Shown here: piece by piece, positions 8,296 through 18,064 of the stretch
How the letters are laid out: every line of letters begins with the position of its first letter
How positions within the stretch are numbered: the first letter of the stretch is position 1
Origin: Planctomycetota bacterium
Lineage (GTDB): Bacteria > Planctomycetota > UBA8108 > SXIK01
Direction of reading: 5' to 3'
NCBI GenBank assembly: GCA_965223265.1
Contig: OZ244999.1
Span: 3,680,001 to 3,744,000 of the forward strand
Length of the DNA: 64,000 nt
The notes under the pieces: model-generated
The model's database searches: none
Told to the model about the DNA's origin: nothing
The model's input: the letters and a program-made list of their open reading frames with translations, nothing else
Translations under genes and position numbers: made by a program

Positions 8296-9489
8296 GTGAA
8301 GTTTTCCGTCACCTTGCCGATTGACGTCTGGGATCCGTCGCGGGGTGGGACCGAGCTCTATCTGGATCGCCTGTGCCGTGACCTGACTCAGCGGGGGCAC
8401 GAGATCACGGTGCTGTGTCTCTCGAGCCGCGTGTCACGCCCTGATGTCGACTCCAGGGGGTCGAGATTCCGCATTCAACACGTCCGCATCCCGATGTGGC
8501 CGCGGTGGCGTCGAGAGATTGCGTTTGCTCGCTTCGCCTGGCGCGAGCACGCGAACTCTGGGCGCGACGTGCTTTTTGCAGTCCGGCATGCGCTCAAGGC
8601 GGACCTCTACCAGCCGCACGGCGGGTCGTATCGTGTCGCACGCCGCGAACGCCTCAAGAGCTATGGCTGCGTGGCTCGGACGCTGCACACTCTTAGCTCC
8701 TTGGCACGGCCGACGTTTTGGGCGCTGCGCTGGCTCGACCGCGCGGTGTTCGTCCACTCGCCGGACGTCCTCGTCATCGCGGTGTCAGACAAGATCGAGC
8801 GCGAGTTTCGTCAAACGTATCCAACCATCGACTTTCGCTGCGTCCAGCTCCGTAACGCCGTCGACTTGGAGCGGTTTCACGATCAAGACCGAGACCTCGC
8901 GTCTCAGCGTCTCAAGGAGCAGTTGAACGTCGGCTCGGGAGAGCATGTCGCCGTCTTCGTCGCGCATCAGTTCTTACTCAAGGGGCTCCGTCACGCTATT
9001 GAATCGATCGCACGGTCGGCAGCCTGGCACCTGGTGGTCGCCGGACGAGGTCGACCGGCATCATTTCGGCGGCTGGCAAAAAAACTGGGTGCCGAACGCC
9101 GTGTCCACTTCATCGGTCCAGCGCGCGACAGCCGTACTTTGCTGGCGGCGGCCGACGCATGTCTCCTGCCGACTTACTATGACACCTGCTCGCTGGTCAT
9201 CCTCGAGTCACTCGCTTGTGGCACGCCGGTCGTCACCACGGAGCAGAGCGGACTTTCCGAGCTCCTCGCAAAAAGCGAGGGTGGGATCACGATTCCGAGC
9301 CCGGATGCGATCGCAGACACGGTGAGCGCTCTCGCAACCATCGCATCGGACTGGTCGCGTTATCACGCCGCAGCGCTCAGGGTTCGCAGCCAGATCGGAT
9401 GGACCGAACTCGTCGATGAATTTGAGCGCATCTTGACGCGCGCCGCACTGGAGCGTCGCCAGATGTCAACAAAACCGAGTGGCAGGTGA
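8296..9489 (+). CDS. Glycosyltransferase family 4 (WaaG/RfaG-like)
   Basis: GGTELYLDRLCRDLTQRGHEITVL, LKGLRHAIE, AADACLLPTYYDTCSLVILESLACGTPVVTT. GTG 8296 chosen as start (ORF track uses TTG 8215). Confidence 0.88.
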   Translation: MKFSVTLPIDVWDPSRGGTELYLDRLCRDLTQRGHEITVLCLSSRVSRPDVDSRGSRFRIQHVRIPMWPRWRREIAFARFAWREHANSGRDVLFAVRHALKADLYQPHGGSYRVARRERLKSYGCVARTLHTLSSLARPTFWALRWLDRAVFVHSPDVLVIAVSDKIEREFRQTYPTIDFRCVQLRNAVDLERFHDQDRDLASQRLKEQLNVGSGEHVAVFVAHQFLLKGLRHAIESIARSAAWHLVVAGRGRPASFRRLAKKLGAERRVHFIGPARDSRTLLAAADACLLPTYYDTCSLVILESLACGTPVVTTEQSGLSELLAKSEGGITIPSPDAIADTVSALATIASDWSRYHAAALRVRSQIGWTELVDEFERILTRAALERRQMSTKPSGR

Positions 9490-9517
9490 AACGTTCAGCG
9501 AACCGGTCACCGAACGA

Positions 9518-10672
9518 CTATGTCGCCGATGAGTCCGGCCGCAGCGGATCGGGACCTCCCAACTCGCTGCGAAGAACCGATTCCATGATGTACCCTTCCG
9601 CCGTCCGTCGCGGCCCCTCGCAGTTTGCCTCTTCACGATACGCGGCCCTGGTCTTGCGGCGGCAGTACGACGAGTACATCTGCTCAGCCGTTGGATATCC
9701 GTCGATCGCGGGACGTCGCGACATCGCAAGGATCGAATTCACCTCGTCTGGAGTGACGACGACGAGATCGTGGTCCATCATGTACTGCTTGACCTGATTG
9801 AGCTCCTCGAACGAAAGAGCAAAGAGAAACTCCTGAAACGCCTGATGCTCGTCGCTCGGAACGTCATCACGCGAAAAGTAATTGACGAATCGAGACTCGC
9901 ACTCCGCAGCGATCAGTGAGAAAACTTCGGTGACGCCCATCATCGATCCGAAAATCGTCCGCACTTTCCCTCGTGCACGCCAAGCCGAAAGAAGCACCGA
10001 TGGGAAACTCTCAACCGACAGCTCGACACTTTGGTTCCACGTCAGGATCAGCTTCTCCGCGGCGAGCTTGCGGATCGGGACGTCACTGCTCTCGTTTGTC
10101 AGCACACTCGAGAGGATCTCATCGGAGAGTTTGACGTAGACGGCGTCACCGATGAGTCCATCGACTCCCTCCCGCGTCTCGCGTTGATCTCCGGGGAGGT
10201 AGTCAAGAAGGTGGCGTAGCGCACGAAAGAAGTTGATCTTGGTCTGCACAAAAGCGCGCCCGAGCACTGCCTTGGTAGGGATACGAAAGTCGAACACAGC
10301 GTCGCCGACGCTGCAGAGCGACTCGATGAGCGTTGTCGCATCTCGCTGGCGTCCCCCAAAGACCGACGGCGAACCAGCGGTGGGGGTCGAGCGAATGGCA
10401 CTAGCGAGCAACGGCAGGCTGCGCGCGGACTCCACGAGGTGCGATCGGACTCCGTTCGCCGCGTCCTCATCCAGGGCAGGAATCAGTTCGACGCAGCGCC
10501 GCAGCATTTCGAATTCCCGTTCGTGAAGACACTCCTTGAGTGTGGGGAGCTCGTGTTCTAACTCTTTCGGGGTCAAGGCATTCGCTCTAGCACCGATCGT
10601 CGGACTCAATCGTAAATCCCCGCTCTCGTGAGCGCAGGCCCCAGGATATCGTACCACAGACATCAACAACAC
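9518..10672 (-). CDS. Hypothetical protein (helical, no recognised family)
   Basis: 384-aa ORF with protein-like composition, convergent with the GT gene; start uncertain. Confidence 0.7.
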   Translation of the reverse strand: MLLMSVVRYPGACAHESGDLRLSPTIGARANALTPKELEHELPTLKECLHEREFEMLRRCVELIPALDEDAANGVRSHLVESARSLPLLASAIRSTPTAGSPSVFGGRQRDATTLIESLCSVGDAVFDFRIPTKAVLGRAFVQTKINFFRALRHLLDYLPGDQRETREGVDGLIGDAVYVKLSDEILSSVLTNESSDVPIRKLAAEKLILTWNQSVELSVESFPSVLLSAWRARGKVRTIFGSMMGVTEVFSLIAAECESRFVNYFSRDDVPSDEHQAFQEFLFALSFEELNQVKQYMMDHDLVVVTPDEVNSILAMSRRPAIDGYPTAEQMYSSYCRRKTRAAYREEANCEGPRRTAEGYIMESVLRSELGGPDPLRPDSSAT

Positions 10673-10923
10673 GAAGGACGACCTTCATTCCATTCAGTTC
10701 GCCAACCACTCTTGTGTGCCTGCAGTTCTCTGACCTAAAACAGCCCTGAGCCGACCCATTCACCTGGCTCGAAGCACTGTCTCAACAAGCTGACGGCCCT
10801 GGGCACGCTCGGAGGCTAAAGGCTCGGTTTAGATACATTCCTCCGACTGCTCGCACAGAAGCTATAGCTTGCCTTGTCAGCGGTGAGTTGAGCTCGTGGT
10901 CAAAGAATTCAGTCATATTCTTG

Positions 10924-10953
10924 TTGACTTTTTTATTTTGGACTCCAAACTAT
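10924..10953 (+). promoter_or_regulatory. Putative promoter with overlapping palindromic operator (MarR candidate)
   Basis: TTGACT at 10924-10929 in an AT-rich patch; perfect inverted repeat TTTGGA-C-TCCAAA (10937-10949) just upstream of the redoxin SD (GGAG) and ATG 10972. Confidence 0.5.
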
Positions 10954-10971
10954 CTATGGAGAACAAATTCC

Positions 10972-11484
10972 ATGCACCATCCTGTCGCACCAGATCTCAT
11001 CACCAGTCAGTGGTTCGGAACGGATCGCCCTCTCCGTCTCGTCGACTTTCAAGGCAAAGTCGTTGTTCTCGAGGCGTTCCAGATGCTGTGCCCAAGCTGC
11101 GTCACTCACGGGCTGCCGCTGATGAAGGAGGTGCGGCGAACTTTTCGAGAAGAGGATGTCGCGGTGATCGGTCTACACACAGTCTTTGAACATCACGACG
11201 TCATGAATCCGGCTGCGCTCAAGGCATTCATCCACGAGTACCGCATCGATTACCCGGTCGCCGTCGATTCCCCGGCAATCAATGGCGACACCCCGCAGAC
11301 CATGGCCGCATACAGAATGCGCGGCACCCCGACGACTGTGCTCATCGACCGACAGGGGAATCTCCGGGAGCAGATGTTCGGAGCTGTCTCGGGCTTGGCG
11401 CTCGGTGCAAAAATCGGGATGCTGCTCAACGAAGAAGCGGTAGGCTGCAATGAACAGGGTTGTGAGCCACGGAGAGGTATCTGA
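10972..11484 (+). CDS. Redoxin (TlpA/AhpC-TSA-like thioredoxin-fold protein)
   Basis: GKVVVLEAFQMLCPSCV (CxxC), VIGLHTVFEHH, YRMRGTPTTVLIDRQG. Confidence 0.88.
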   Translation: MHHPVAPDLITSQWFGTDRPLRLVDFQGKVVVLEAFQMLCPSCVTHGLPLMKEVRRTFREEDVAVIGLHTVFEHHDVMNPAALKAFIHEYRIDYPVAVDSPAINGDTPQTMAAYRMRGTPTTVLIDRQGNLREQMFGAVSGLALGAKIGMLLNEEAVGCNEQGCEPRRGI

Positions 11485-11487
11485 GAG

Positions 11488-12156
11488 ATGGTGTCCGACG
11501 ACCCGCAAGGCCTTCCTCAGCGCGTCGCCACAGGCTTTCAAAAGATAGCTCTCGTGATGCGACATGAAGCGTGGAGGGCCGCAGGAGGCCGAGGGCTCAC
11601 TCCGACTCAGGCACAAGTCATATCGATCATCTCGAATGCAGACACACCTATTGGACTTGCTCAGGTTTCATCGGAGCTTGCACTCACTCCTGGCACCGTG
11701 AGCGAAGCGGTGCGTGTTCTCGTTGAGAAGGGCCTCGTTGAGAAGTCGCGCCACGAGCATGACCGCCGCGCGATCAGGCTACGTCTGACTCGCAAAGGGA
11801 AAAGAGAGGCAGGCACGAGCTCGGAAGCCGTGCGCACGATCGTCGACGCGGTGCGGTCTATGAATTCGGAACAGCAGAACGGCCTGATCCGTGGCCTGAT
11901 AGCAACCATCCGATCGTTACAGGAACAAGGACAAATTCCAGTTGCTCGCATGTGCGTCGGCTGCACGTTCTTCCGTCCGAATGTCCACATTGCCGCGACG
12001 AAATCGCATCATTGCGAATACATCGACGCGCCGATAGGGGACAGCGACCTGCGATTGGAGTGTAAAGACTTCGAACCCGCGGATGCCGAAACCAGCCGAC
12101 GTCTTTGGGCATCGCTTTGTGAACATCGCCCGCTCTTGGATGGAGACGCTGATTGA
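11488..12156 (+). CDS. MarR-family transcriptional regulator with C-terminal Cys-rich extension
   Basis: GLTPTQAQVI...TVSEAVRVLVEKGLVEK...DRRAIRLRLTRKG winged HTH; C-terminal RMCVGCTFF...HHCEYID...LRLEC. Confidence 0.88.
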   Translation: MVSDDPQGLPQRVATGFQKIALVMRHEAWRAAGGRGLTPTQAQVISIISNADTPIGLAQVSSELALTPGTVSEAVRVLVEKGLVEKSRHEHDRRAIRLRLTRKGKREAGTSSEAVRTIVDAVRSMNSEQQNGLIRGLIATIRSLQEQGQIPVARMCVGCTFFRPNVHIAATKSHHCEYIDAPIGDSDLRLECKDFEPADAETSRRLWASLCEHRPLLDGDAD

Positions 12157-12205
12157 ATCTCGGGTTGATATCCTGTTGGACGAGCTAGAAGAAAGGAGCC
12201 CTTCC

Positions 12206-12436
12206 GTGACCAGCGCGATCTTTTACCATGCCGGTTGCCCCGTCTGTGTCGAGGCGGAGCGCACCATCGCCACAGCTCTCGACACTGACCGCTTCGCGGT
12301 CGAAATTGTTCATCTCGGCAAAGACAAAGGCCGCATCCAAGAGGCCCGAACCGCAGGCGTGCGCTCCGTTCCAGCCTTGGTCATCGGAGGCCAGCCGTTC
12401 CACATCAACCACGGCGCCGATCTCAGCGAGCTGTAG
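12206..12436 (+). CDS. Small thioredoxin-like protein
   Basis: SD AAAGGAG, GTG start, FYHAGCPVC (CxxC), GVRSVPALVIGG. Confidence 0.82.
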   Translation: MTSAIFYHAGCPVCVEAERTIATALDTDRFAVEIVHLGKDKGRIQEARTAGVRSVPALVIGGQPFHINHGADLSEL

Positions 12437-12507
12437 CTCGTGGAGCGGAGAACGCCGCGCGGTCACGCTCGGCGACTTACCATTCGCTTAGCTTCGAGTT
12501 AGCTTCG

Positions 12508-12608
12508 CAGCCCGTTGAAAAAGCGCTTCGAGCTGAAACTAGTCTCTTCGCGTCCAGCCGCGGCGAACGACGGCGTGCGTGAAGAGGCGGCTTCTCAGCG
12601 ACAGGCTG
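12508..12608. repeat. MITE/REP-like palindromic element, internally deleted copy
   Basis: CAGCCCGTTGAAAAAGCGCTTCGAGCTGAAA...CTTCGCGTCCAG...GCGTGAAGAGGC...TTCTCAGC...ACAGGCTG shares extended sequence with 30575-30733. Confidence 0.75.
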
Positions 12609-12617
12609 TGAGGAGAT

Positions 12618-14009
12618 TCAAACCTGAAGCGCCTCGCCGGCCCAGTCAGCCGCGGCCTCCATAATCGACTCAGAGAGCGTCGGGTGCGAGTGAATCGTGT
12701 GGTGGATGTCGTCGACGGTGAGTTCCGCGGCTTTGGCGAGAGCTAGCTCCCCAATGAGTTCAGTCGCTTCAGCGCCGCAGATGTGCGCGCCGAGGATTTC
12801 CCCGAATTTTGCGTCCGCGATGATCTTCACGAACCCCTCCGTATCACCGACAGCGACAGATTTGCCGTTGGCCGAGAACGGAAAGCGTCCCACCTTGACG
12901 TCATGTCCTTGATCCCTCGCTTCGGTCTCTGTCAAGCCAACTGAGGCGACCTGTGGGTGGCAATAGATGCACGCTGGAATGGTTGAATAGTCGATCGGTT
13001 GTGGATTCTTTCCCGCTATGTGATCTGCGGCATGGACAGCCTCGCCGCTGGCGACGTGAGCTAGCGCGGGTTGGCCACAGACGTCACCGATCGCGTAGAC
13101 GCTGCCAATCGACGTACGACAGTGTTCATCCGTTCGGACAAAACCTCGCTCGACGACGACACCGATCTCCTCCAGCCCCAGCCCTTCGGAGTTGCCGCGA
13201 ATGCCTACAGCCATGAGAGTCTTCTCCGAGACCACCTCGCTCTCCTTGCCGTTGGTTTCGAAGGTTGTCACCGTTTCGCCCTCACGGACAGCGACACCTT
13301 TGACGCGACTGGAAGTGTGAATCTTGATGCCGCGCTTCTTAAACGACCTCGCCAGTGCCGCGCAGATGTCATCGTCCCCAGTCGGCAAGACTTTGTCCAT
13401 GTACTCGACGATCGTCACCTTGGTGCCGAAGACCGCGTAGAAGTATGCGAATTCCAAGCCAATCGCTCCAGCGCCAATCACGGTGAGCGACGCGGGAACG
13501 TGCTCGGTCACCATCGCCTCCTTGCTTGAGATGACGTGCGCCCCATCGATCTCAACGCCAGGGATCGTCGCCGCATGGGCACCTGTTGCGATGATGCTGT
13601 GCTTCGTCGAAATTTCTTTCTGCTTGCCCCCGGATTCAACAACCGCTATGCGATTCGGTGTCACGAAGCGCCCGGATCCGTTCAATACCGTGATCTTGTT
13701 CTTCTTCATCAAGTGCGCGACGCCCTTTGAAAGCTTGTTCGCAGCGTCGCGGCTACGCTGAATCACCTGACTCCAATTGACATCGACGCTGCCGACGTCG
13801 AATCCCCACTGTGCGGCAGAATTCAAAAACTCGTAGTTTTCCGCAACTCGAAGCAGAGCTTTTGTCGGAATGCAGCCCCAATTCAGACACACCCCGCCGA
13901 GGGCGTCCCTCTCAACGATCGCCACAGACATTCCGTGCTGCGCGGCACGAATCGCGGCAACGTAGCCGCCAGGGCCAGCTCCTATGACAACAAGGTCGTA
14001 CATCTCCAT
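12618..14009 (-). CDS. lpdA: Dihydrolipoamide dehydrogenase (E3)
   Basis: GAGPGGYVAAIRAAQ, GGVCLNWGCIPTK redox disulfide, HSHPTLSE. Confidence 0.96.
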   Translation of the reverse strand: MEMYDLVVIGAGPGGYVAAIRAAQHGMSVAIVERDALGGVCLNWGCIPTKALLRVAENYEFLNSAAQWGFDVGSVDVNWSQVIQRSRDAANKLSKGVAHLMKKNKITVLNGSGRFVTPNRIAVVESGGKQKEISTKHSIIATGAHAATIPGVEIDGAHVISSKEAMVTEHVPASLTVIGAGAIGLEFAYFYAVFGTKVTIVEYMDKVLPTGDDDICAALARSFKKRGIKIHTSSRVKGVAVREGETVTTFETNGKESEVVSEKTLMAVGIRGNSEGLGLEEIGVVVERGFVRTDEHCRTSIGSVYAIGDVCGQPALAHVASGEAVHAADHIAGKNPQPIDYSTIPACIYCHPQVASVGLTETEARDQGHDVKVGRFPFSANGKSVAVGDTEGFVKIIADAKFGEILGAHICGAEATELIGELALAKAAELTVDDIHHTIHSHPTLSESIMEAAADWAGEALQV

Positions 14010-14087
14010 GATCGAAGGATCGTCCCGTCAAATGTGATTGGTCGGCCGCCACAAAAACGGCAGTGTGATTCGCCGTGACAACCGCCG

Positions 14088-15419
14088 TCAGAGCGCAAGC
14101 GATGCCGGATTCTCAAGTATCGTCTTCAAATCGCGCATGAAGTGTGCTGCTTGGGCACCGTCGACAACGCGGTGATCGCAGCTGATCGTACAGTCCATCC
14201 GCTTGCCGGGAACCAATGCGTCACCGTCGACGACCGGGACGTCGCGGATCGCACTGACGGCCAAGATGCAGGCTTCCGGAGGATTGATGATGGCGGTAAA
14301 GCTCTTAACCCCGAACATGCCGAGATTGCTGACTGTGAAGGTGCTTCCCTGGTAGTCATCGGGCGTGAGTTTGCGTTCTTTCGCCTTCTGAGCGAGCTCA
14401 CGAACCTCCGTGGAGATCTGGGACAGTCCCTTCAAGTGGCAACCACGGATCACCGGAGTCACTAAACCGTCAGGCAGCGCGACCGCGACGCCGATATCGA
14501 TCGACCGGTAGTGGCGCACGACGTCACCTTGCCAGGACGCGTTCAGGTTGGGATGCCGCGTCAGAGCGAGCGCTGCCGCCCGGAGCACAAAGTCGTTGAA
14601 ACTGATCTTCACGCCGTCGAGCTGATTGAGGTGGGTGCGTGCTTCCACGGCCCGCTTCATGTCCACTTCCATGCTGAGATAGAAGTGAGGCGCCGTGGTC
14701 GCGCTCTGCGACAGTCGCTCGGCGATCACTCGCCGCATAGAGCTGACCTGAACGTCCTCATAGGTCTGCGCCGGGACGGCGTCGTGACTGAGAGCCTGGA
14801 ATGGAGGCGGTGCAGTGCTTGCAACGACCGTTGTCTGCGATGTTTCTCTCGCGCGCGCCGCCGCCAGCGCACGTTCGATGTCGCGCTTCACCACACGCCC
14901 CTCTGGGCCGGTACCGGCGACCTCCCGGACGTTGAGTCCAAACTCGGCGGCCATGCGGAGTGCGAGAGGCGACGCCAACACACGACGGCCGTCCGCGTGA
15001 GAAGCCGGCGCGAGTGGCTCGGCGCGGATGTCTGTCGTCGCCGAGACAGAGCTCTTCGCAGCCGGCGCAGCGACAGCAGCGGTGTTCTGTTCACGTGTCG
15101 CTGAGCTAGGCTGCGCCTCCACCCTCGCGGTGGGCTGCGCTTGCGAAAGCCCCGCCAAGAGCTCCGTCAAATCCTCGTCCGGGCTCTCCTTGATCACAGC
15201 GATGGGCTGACCGACAGCGCAGCTCACCCCGTCGCCGACGAGGAGCTTGCCGATCACGCCTGCGTCGTATGCCTCGAGCTCCATGTTCGCCTTGTCGCTC
15301 TCGACCTCCGCGATCACCTCGCCCGGCTCGACTGCGTCGCCCTCAGATTTGAGCCACGACAGGATCTTGCCTTCCGTCATGGTGTCGCTGAGCTTCGGCA
15401 TCTCAATCACTATGGCCAT
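14088..15419 (-). CDS. pdhC: Pyruvate dehydrogenase E2, dihydrolipoamide acetyltransferase
   Basis: MPKLSDTMTEG lipoyl domain with ESDKA, ASPLA E3-binding domain, SCDHRVVDG catalytic motif; ATG 15419. Confidence 0.94.
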   Translation of the reverse strand: MAIVIEMPKLSDTMTEGKILSWLKSEGDAVEPGEVIAEVESDKANMELEAYDAGVIGKLLVGDGVSCAVGQPIAVIKESPDEDLTELLAGLSQAQPTARVEAQPSSATREQNTAAVAAPAAKSSVSATTDIRAEPLAPASHADGRRVLASPLALRMAAEFGLNVREVAGTGPEGRVVKRDIERALAAARARETSQTTVVASTAPPPFQALSHDAVPAQTYEDVQVSSMRRVIAERLSQSATTAPHFYLSMEVDMKRAVEARTHLNQLDGVKISFNDFVLRAAALALTRHPNLNASWQGDVVRHYRSIDIGVAVALPDGLVTPVIRGCHLKGLSQISTEVRELAQKAKERKLTPDDYQGSTFTVSNLGMFGVKSFTAIINPPEACILAVSAIRDVPVVDGDALVPGKRMDCTISCDHRVVDGAQAAHFMRDLKTILENPASLAL

Positions 15420-15457
15420 GTCGCATTCCTTGTCTCGGTCTCGGCCCCAAGTGGCCC

Positions 15458-15484
15458 ACAGCGAACAGCGAACAGCGAACAGCG
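15458..15484. repeat. Short tandem repeat (ACAGCGA) x ~3.9 between pdhB and pdhC
   Basis: ACAGCGAACAGCGAACAGCGAACAGCG. Confidence 0.7.
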
Positions 15485-15524
15485 CCGGGCACAAGGCCTG
15501 GCGACTCCTCGAGCGCGCAACTCT

Positions 15525-16505
15525 CTAATCAAGATACATGACCTTCTTCACAGCCCGGACGCCGCGCTCAACACTTGGTAGTACCGTCTTTTCGAGCGAA
15601 TGCGCGTATGGCATCGGCACGTCGAGCGACGTGACTCGCTCAATCGGTGCGTCAAGGTGGCTAAAGCAGCCGTTGTAGACGCGCTCCGCGATCTCGGCTC
15701 CGACGCCGCAAAACTTGAAGTTCTCCTCGATGATCACGGCGCGATTCGTCCTGCGAACCGAACGAAAGATGAGCTCGTCGTCAAGCGGCTTGATCGTCCT
15801 GACATCGATCACCTCCGCGTCGATGCCTTGGTGGGAAAGCTCATCGGCAACCTTCATCGACAGGTCAACCATCTTCGACCATGAAACAATCGTCACATCG
15901 CTTCCCGGCCTTTTGATCTCAGCCTGACCTATCGGGATCACGTACTCCTCGTCCGGGACCTCGCCCTTGTCACCGTACGTCATCTCGCTTTCGAGAAAGA
16001 TGACTGGATCGTCGTCACGAATCGCCGACTTGAGCAGCCCCTTGGCGTCCATCGCCGTCGAATACGTCACCACCTTGAGACCGGGAAAGTGAGAGTAGAG
16101 CGGCTCGAACGACTGCGAATGAGTAGCGCCGAGCATATGGGCTGCGCCGTTCGGCCCACGGAATACGACGGGGACGTTGAATTGCCCACCCGACATGAGG
16201 CTCATCTTCGGCGCGTTGTTGACGATCTGATCCACTGCTTGCAGAGCGAAGTTGAACGTCATCATCTCGATGATTGGCCGCAGACCGACCATCGCGGAGC
16301 CGATCCCCACGCCAGCGAACCCGCACTCCGTGATCGGTGTATCGATGACACGCTGCGGACCGTACTTGTCAAGTAACCCTTGACTCACTTTGTAAGCGCC
16401 GTTGTAGAAAGCGACTTCCTCGCCCATGAGAAAGACGTCCGGGTCACGGCTCATCTCTTCGTCCATGGCTTGGTTGAGCGCCTCTCGGATCTGTAGGAGC
16501 GCCAT
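15525..16505 (-). CDS. pdhB: Pyruvate dehydrogenase E1 beta subunit
   Basis: VFLMGEEVAFYNGAYKVSQGL, DTPITECGFAG, VFRGPNG, HSQS. Confidence 0.95.
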   Translation of the reverse strand: MALLQIREALNQAMDEEMSRDPDVFLMGEEVAFYNGAYKVSQGLLDKYGPQRVIDTPITECGFAGVGIGSAMVGLRPIIEMMTFNFALQAVDQIVNNAPKMSLMSGGQFNVPVVFRGPNGAAHMLGATHSQSFEPLYSHFPGLKVVTYSTAMDAKGLLKSAIRDDDPVIFLESEMTYGDKGEVPDEEYVIPIGQAEIKRPGSDVTIVSWSKMVDLSMKVADELSHQGIDAEVIDVRTIKPLDDELIFRSVRRTNRAVIIEENFKFCGVGAEIAERVYNGCFSHLDAPIERVTSLDVPMPYAHSLEKTVLPSVERGVRAVKKVMYLD

Positions 16506-16507
16506 GG

Positions 16508-17545
16508 TTAGGTCCGCCTCTCGTTGCTATAGGGATCGTTCTTGTAGACAAAGTCGTACACCGTGTCAGGTGACGGCTCTGGGCTCTTCTCTGCTTGCTC
16601 CATCGCGCTTCGGATCTCAGCCGTGACCGCTCGGTCGATCTCTTTCATTTCCTCTTCGGTCGCGATCTCCCCTTCGATCAATTGCTGTGAGAGCAACAAA
16701 ATCGGGTCACGCCCGCGCTGCTTGTCGACCTCTTCCTTCGTGCGGTAATGCGAGTGGATCGGGTCCGACATCGAGTGGCCGCGAAAGCGATACGTGCGGA
16801 TCTCAAGAAACGACGGATGGCCCTTACGGGCCTCGGCGACTGCTTTGGCGACGCCATCATAAACCTTCAAGACGTCCATGCCCTCGATGCGGGAGTTCGC
16901 CATGTCGTAGCCGGCGGCCTTTTTGTGCAGGTCATACACAGAGCTCGCGCGCTCCACCGGCGTGCCCATGCCGTAGCGGTTGTTCTCGCAGATATACACG
17001 ATCGGGAGGCTCCACAGCGCGGCGAGGTTCAGCGACTCGTGAAACGCCCCGTTGTTCACGGCTCCCTCGCCAAAGAAGCACAACGTCACCGTGTCCTCTT
17101 GTCTGTATTTCGAGGCGAAAGCGAAGCCCGTACCCAGCGGAATGTGCGCCCCGACAATCGCATGGCCACCGAGGAAGTTCTTCTCTTTGTCGAAGAAGTG
17201 CATCGACCCGCCCCGCCCTTTAGAACAACCATCCACGCGCCCGAACAGCTCTGCGAAGCAAGCCTCCGGTTCGAGTCCGCGCGCTAGCGCCATGCCGTGA
17301 TCACGGTAGGTCGTGAGGACATAATCGTCCGGCCGGATCGTCGCCAAGGCACCGACAGCAACGGCTTCTTGGCCGATGTAGAGATGGCAAAAGCCACCGA
17401 TTTTGCCCTGGCCGTAGGCCTGCGCGGCGCGCTCCTCGAGGCGACGAATCCGAAGCATCTCGCGCAGCATGGACTTCAACTGCTGCTCTGTCAGTCCGTA
17501 GGAATCCACCATGGGTTTCTCTGTAGTCTTGTCGTCAACCGGCAT
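16508..17545 (-). CDS. pdhA: Pyruvate dehydrogenase E1 alpha subunit
   Basis: [31 protein letters not shown] motif, [12 protein letters not shown]. Confidence 0.95.
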   Translation of the reverse strand: MPVDDKTTEKPMVDSYGLTEQQLKSMLREMLRIRRLEERAAQAYGQGKIGGFCHLYIGQEAVAVGALATIRPDDYVLTTYRDHGMALARGLEPEACFAELFGRVDGCSKGRGGSMHFFDKEKNFLGGHAIVGAHIPLGTGFAFASKYRQEDTVTLCFFGEGAVNNGAFHESLNLAALWSLPIVYICENNRYGMGTPVERASSVYDLHKKAAGYDMANSRIEGMDVLKVYDGVAKAVAEARKGHPSFLEIRTYRFRGHSMSDPIHSHYRTKEEVDKQRGRDPILLLSQQLIEGEIATEEEMKEIDRAVTAEIRSAMEQAEKSPEPSPDTVYDFVYKNDPYSNERRT

Positions 17546-17796
17546 GTTTCGTCCTACAGGTCTTCGGCGTAGGGGCGAGAATCATCCTGGAAAAAATTAC
17601 CGCCGTCCTGGCAGGACAGCGGCCACATCGAGCCGAACACTGGCACCTAACTATTTAATCTGAAAGAACTTATCGTCCACGTCGGGAAGCTCGCAAGCGT
17701 CGTCCACCATCGCACCCGGGGGGTTACCGTCGCCTGACGCGCTCGAGCACGCCGCACCGCTCGTCGATCGGTTCGGATGTCGTGCGGACCCGCCAC

Positions 17797-17898
17797 TCAG
17801 TCGCTTTCTTTACGGCGCCCCCACATGATGTATCCGACCCCCATGAGGAGAACCGGAATGATCACACCGGCCATGGCGAGGTAGGGAAAAAGGCTCAT
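17797..17898 (-). CDS. Putative 33-aa single-TM small protein
   Basis: MSLFPYLAMAGVIIPVLLMGVGYIMWGRRKESD: hydrophobic helix followed by a basic stop-transfer; weak SD. Confidence 0.4.
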   Translation of the reverse strand: MSLFPYLAMAGVIIPVLLMGVGYIMWGRRKESD

Positions 17899-18064
17899 CG
17901 GCTTTTCGTGACTCGGCAGCGCCTCGCGCACCCTAGTGCGATGACCTCTTTCACAGGCTGCGGGTGAGGCTGGAACTCGAAGTATCGAATTCGACAGGAT
18001 GCCCGCGATGGGAGAGGCTTGCAAGCGAAAGACGCTGGAGCGCGTGCGGGAATTCCACTTCCCC

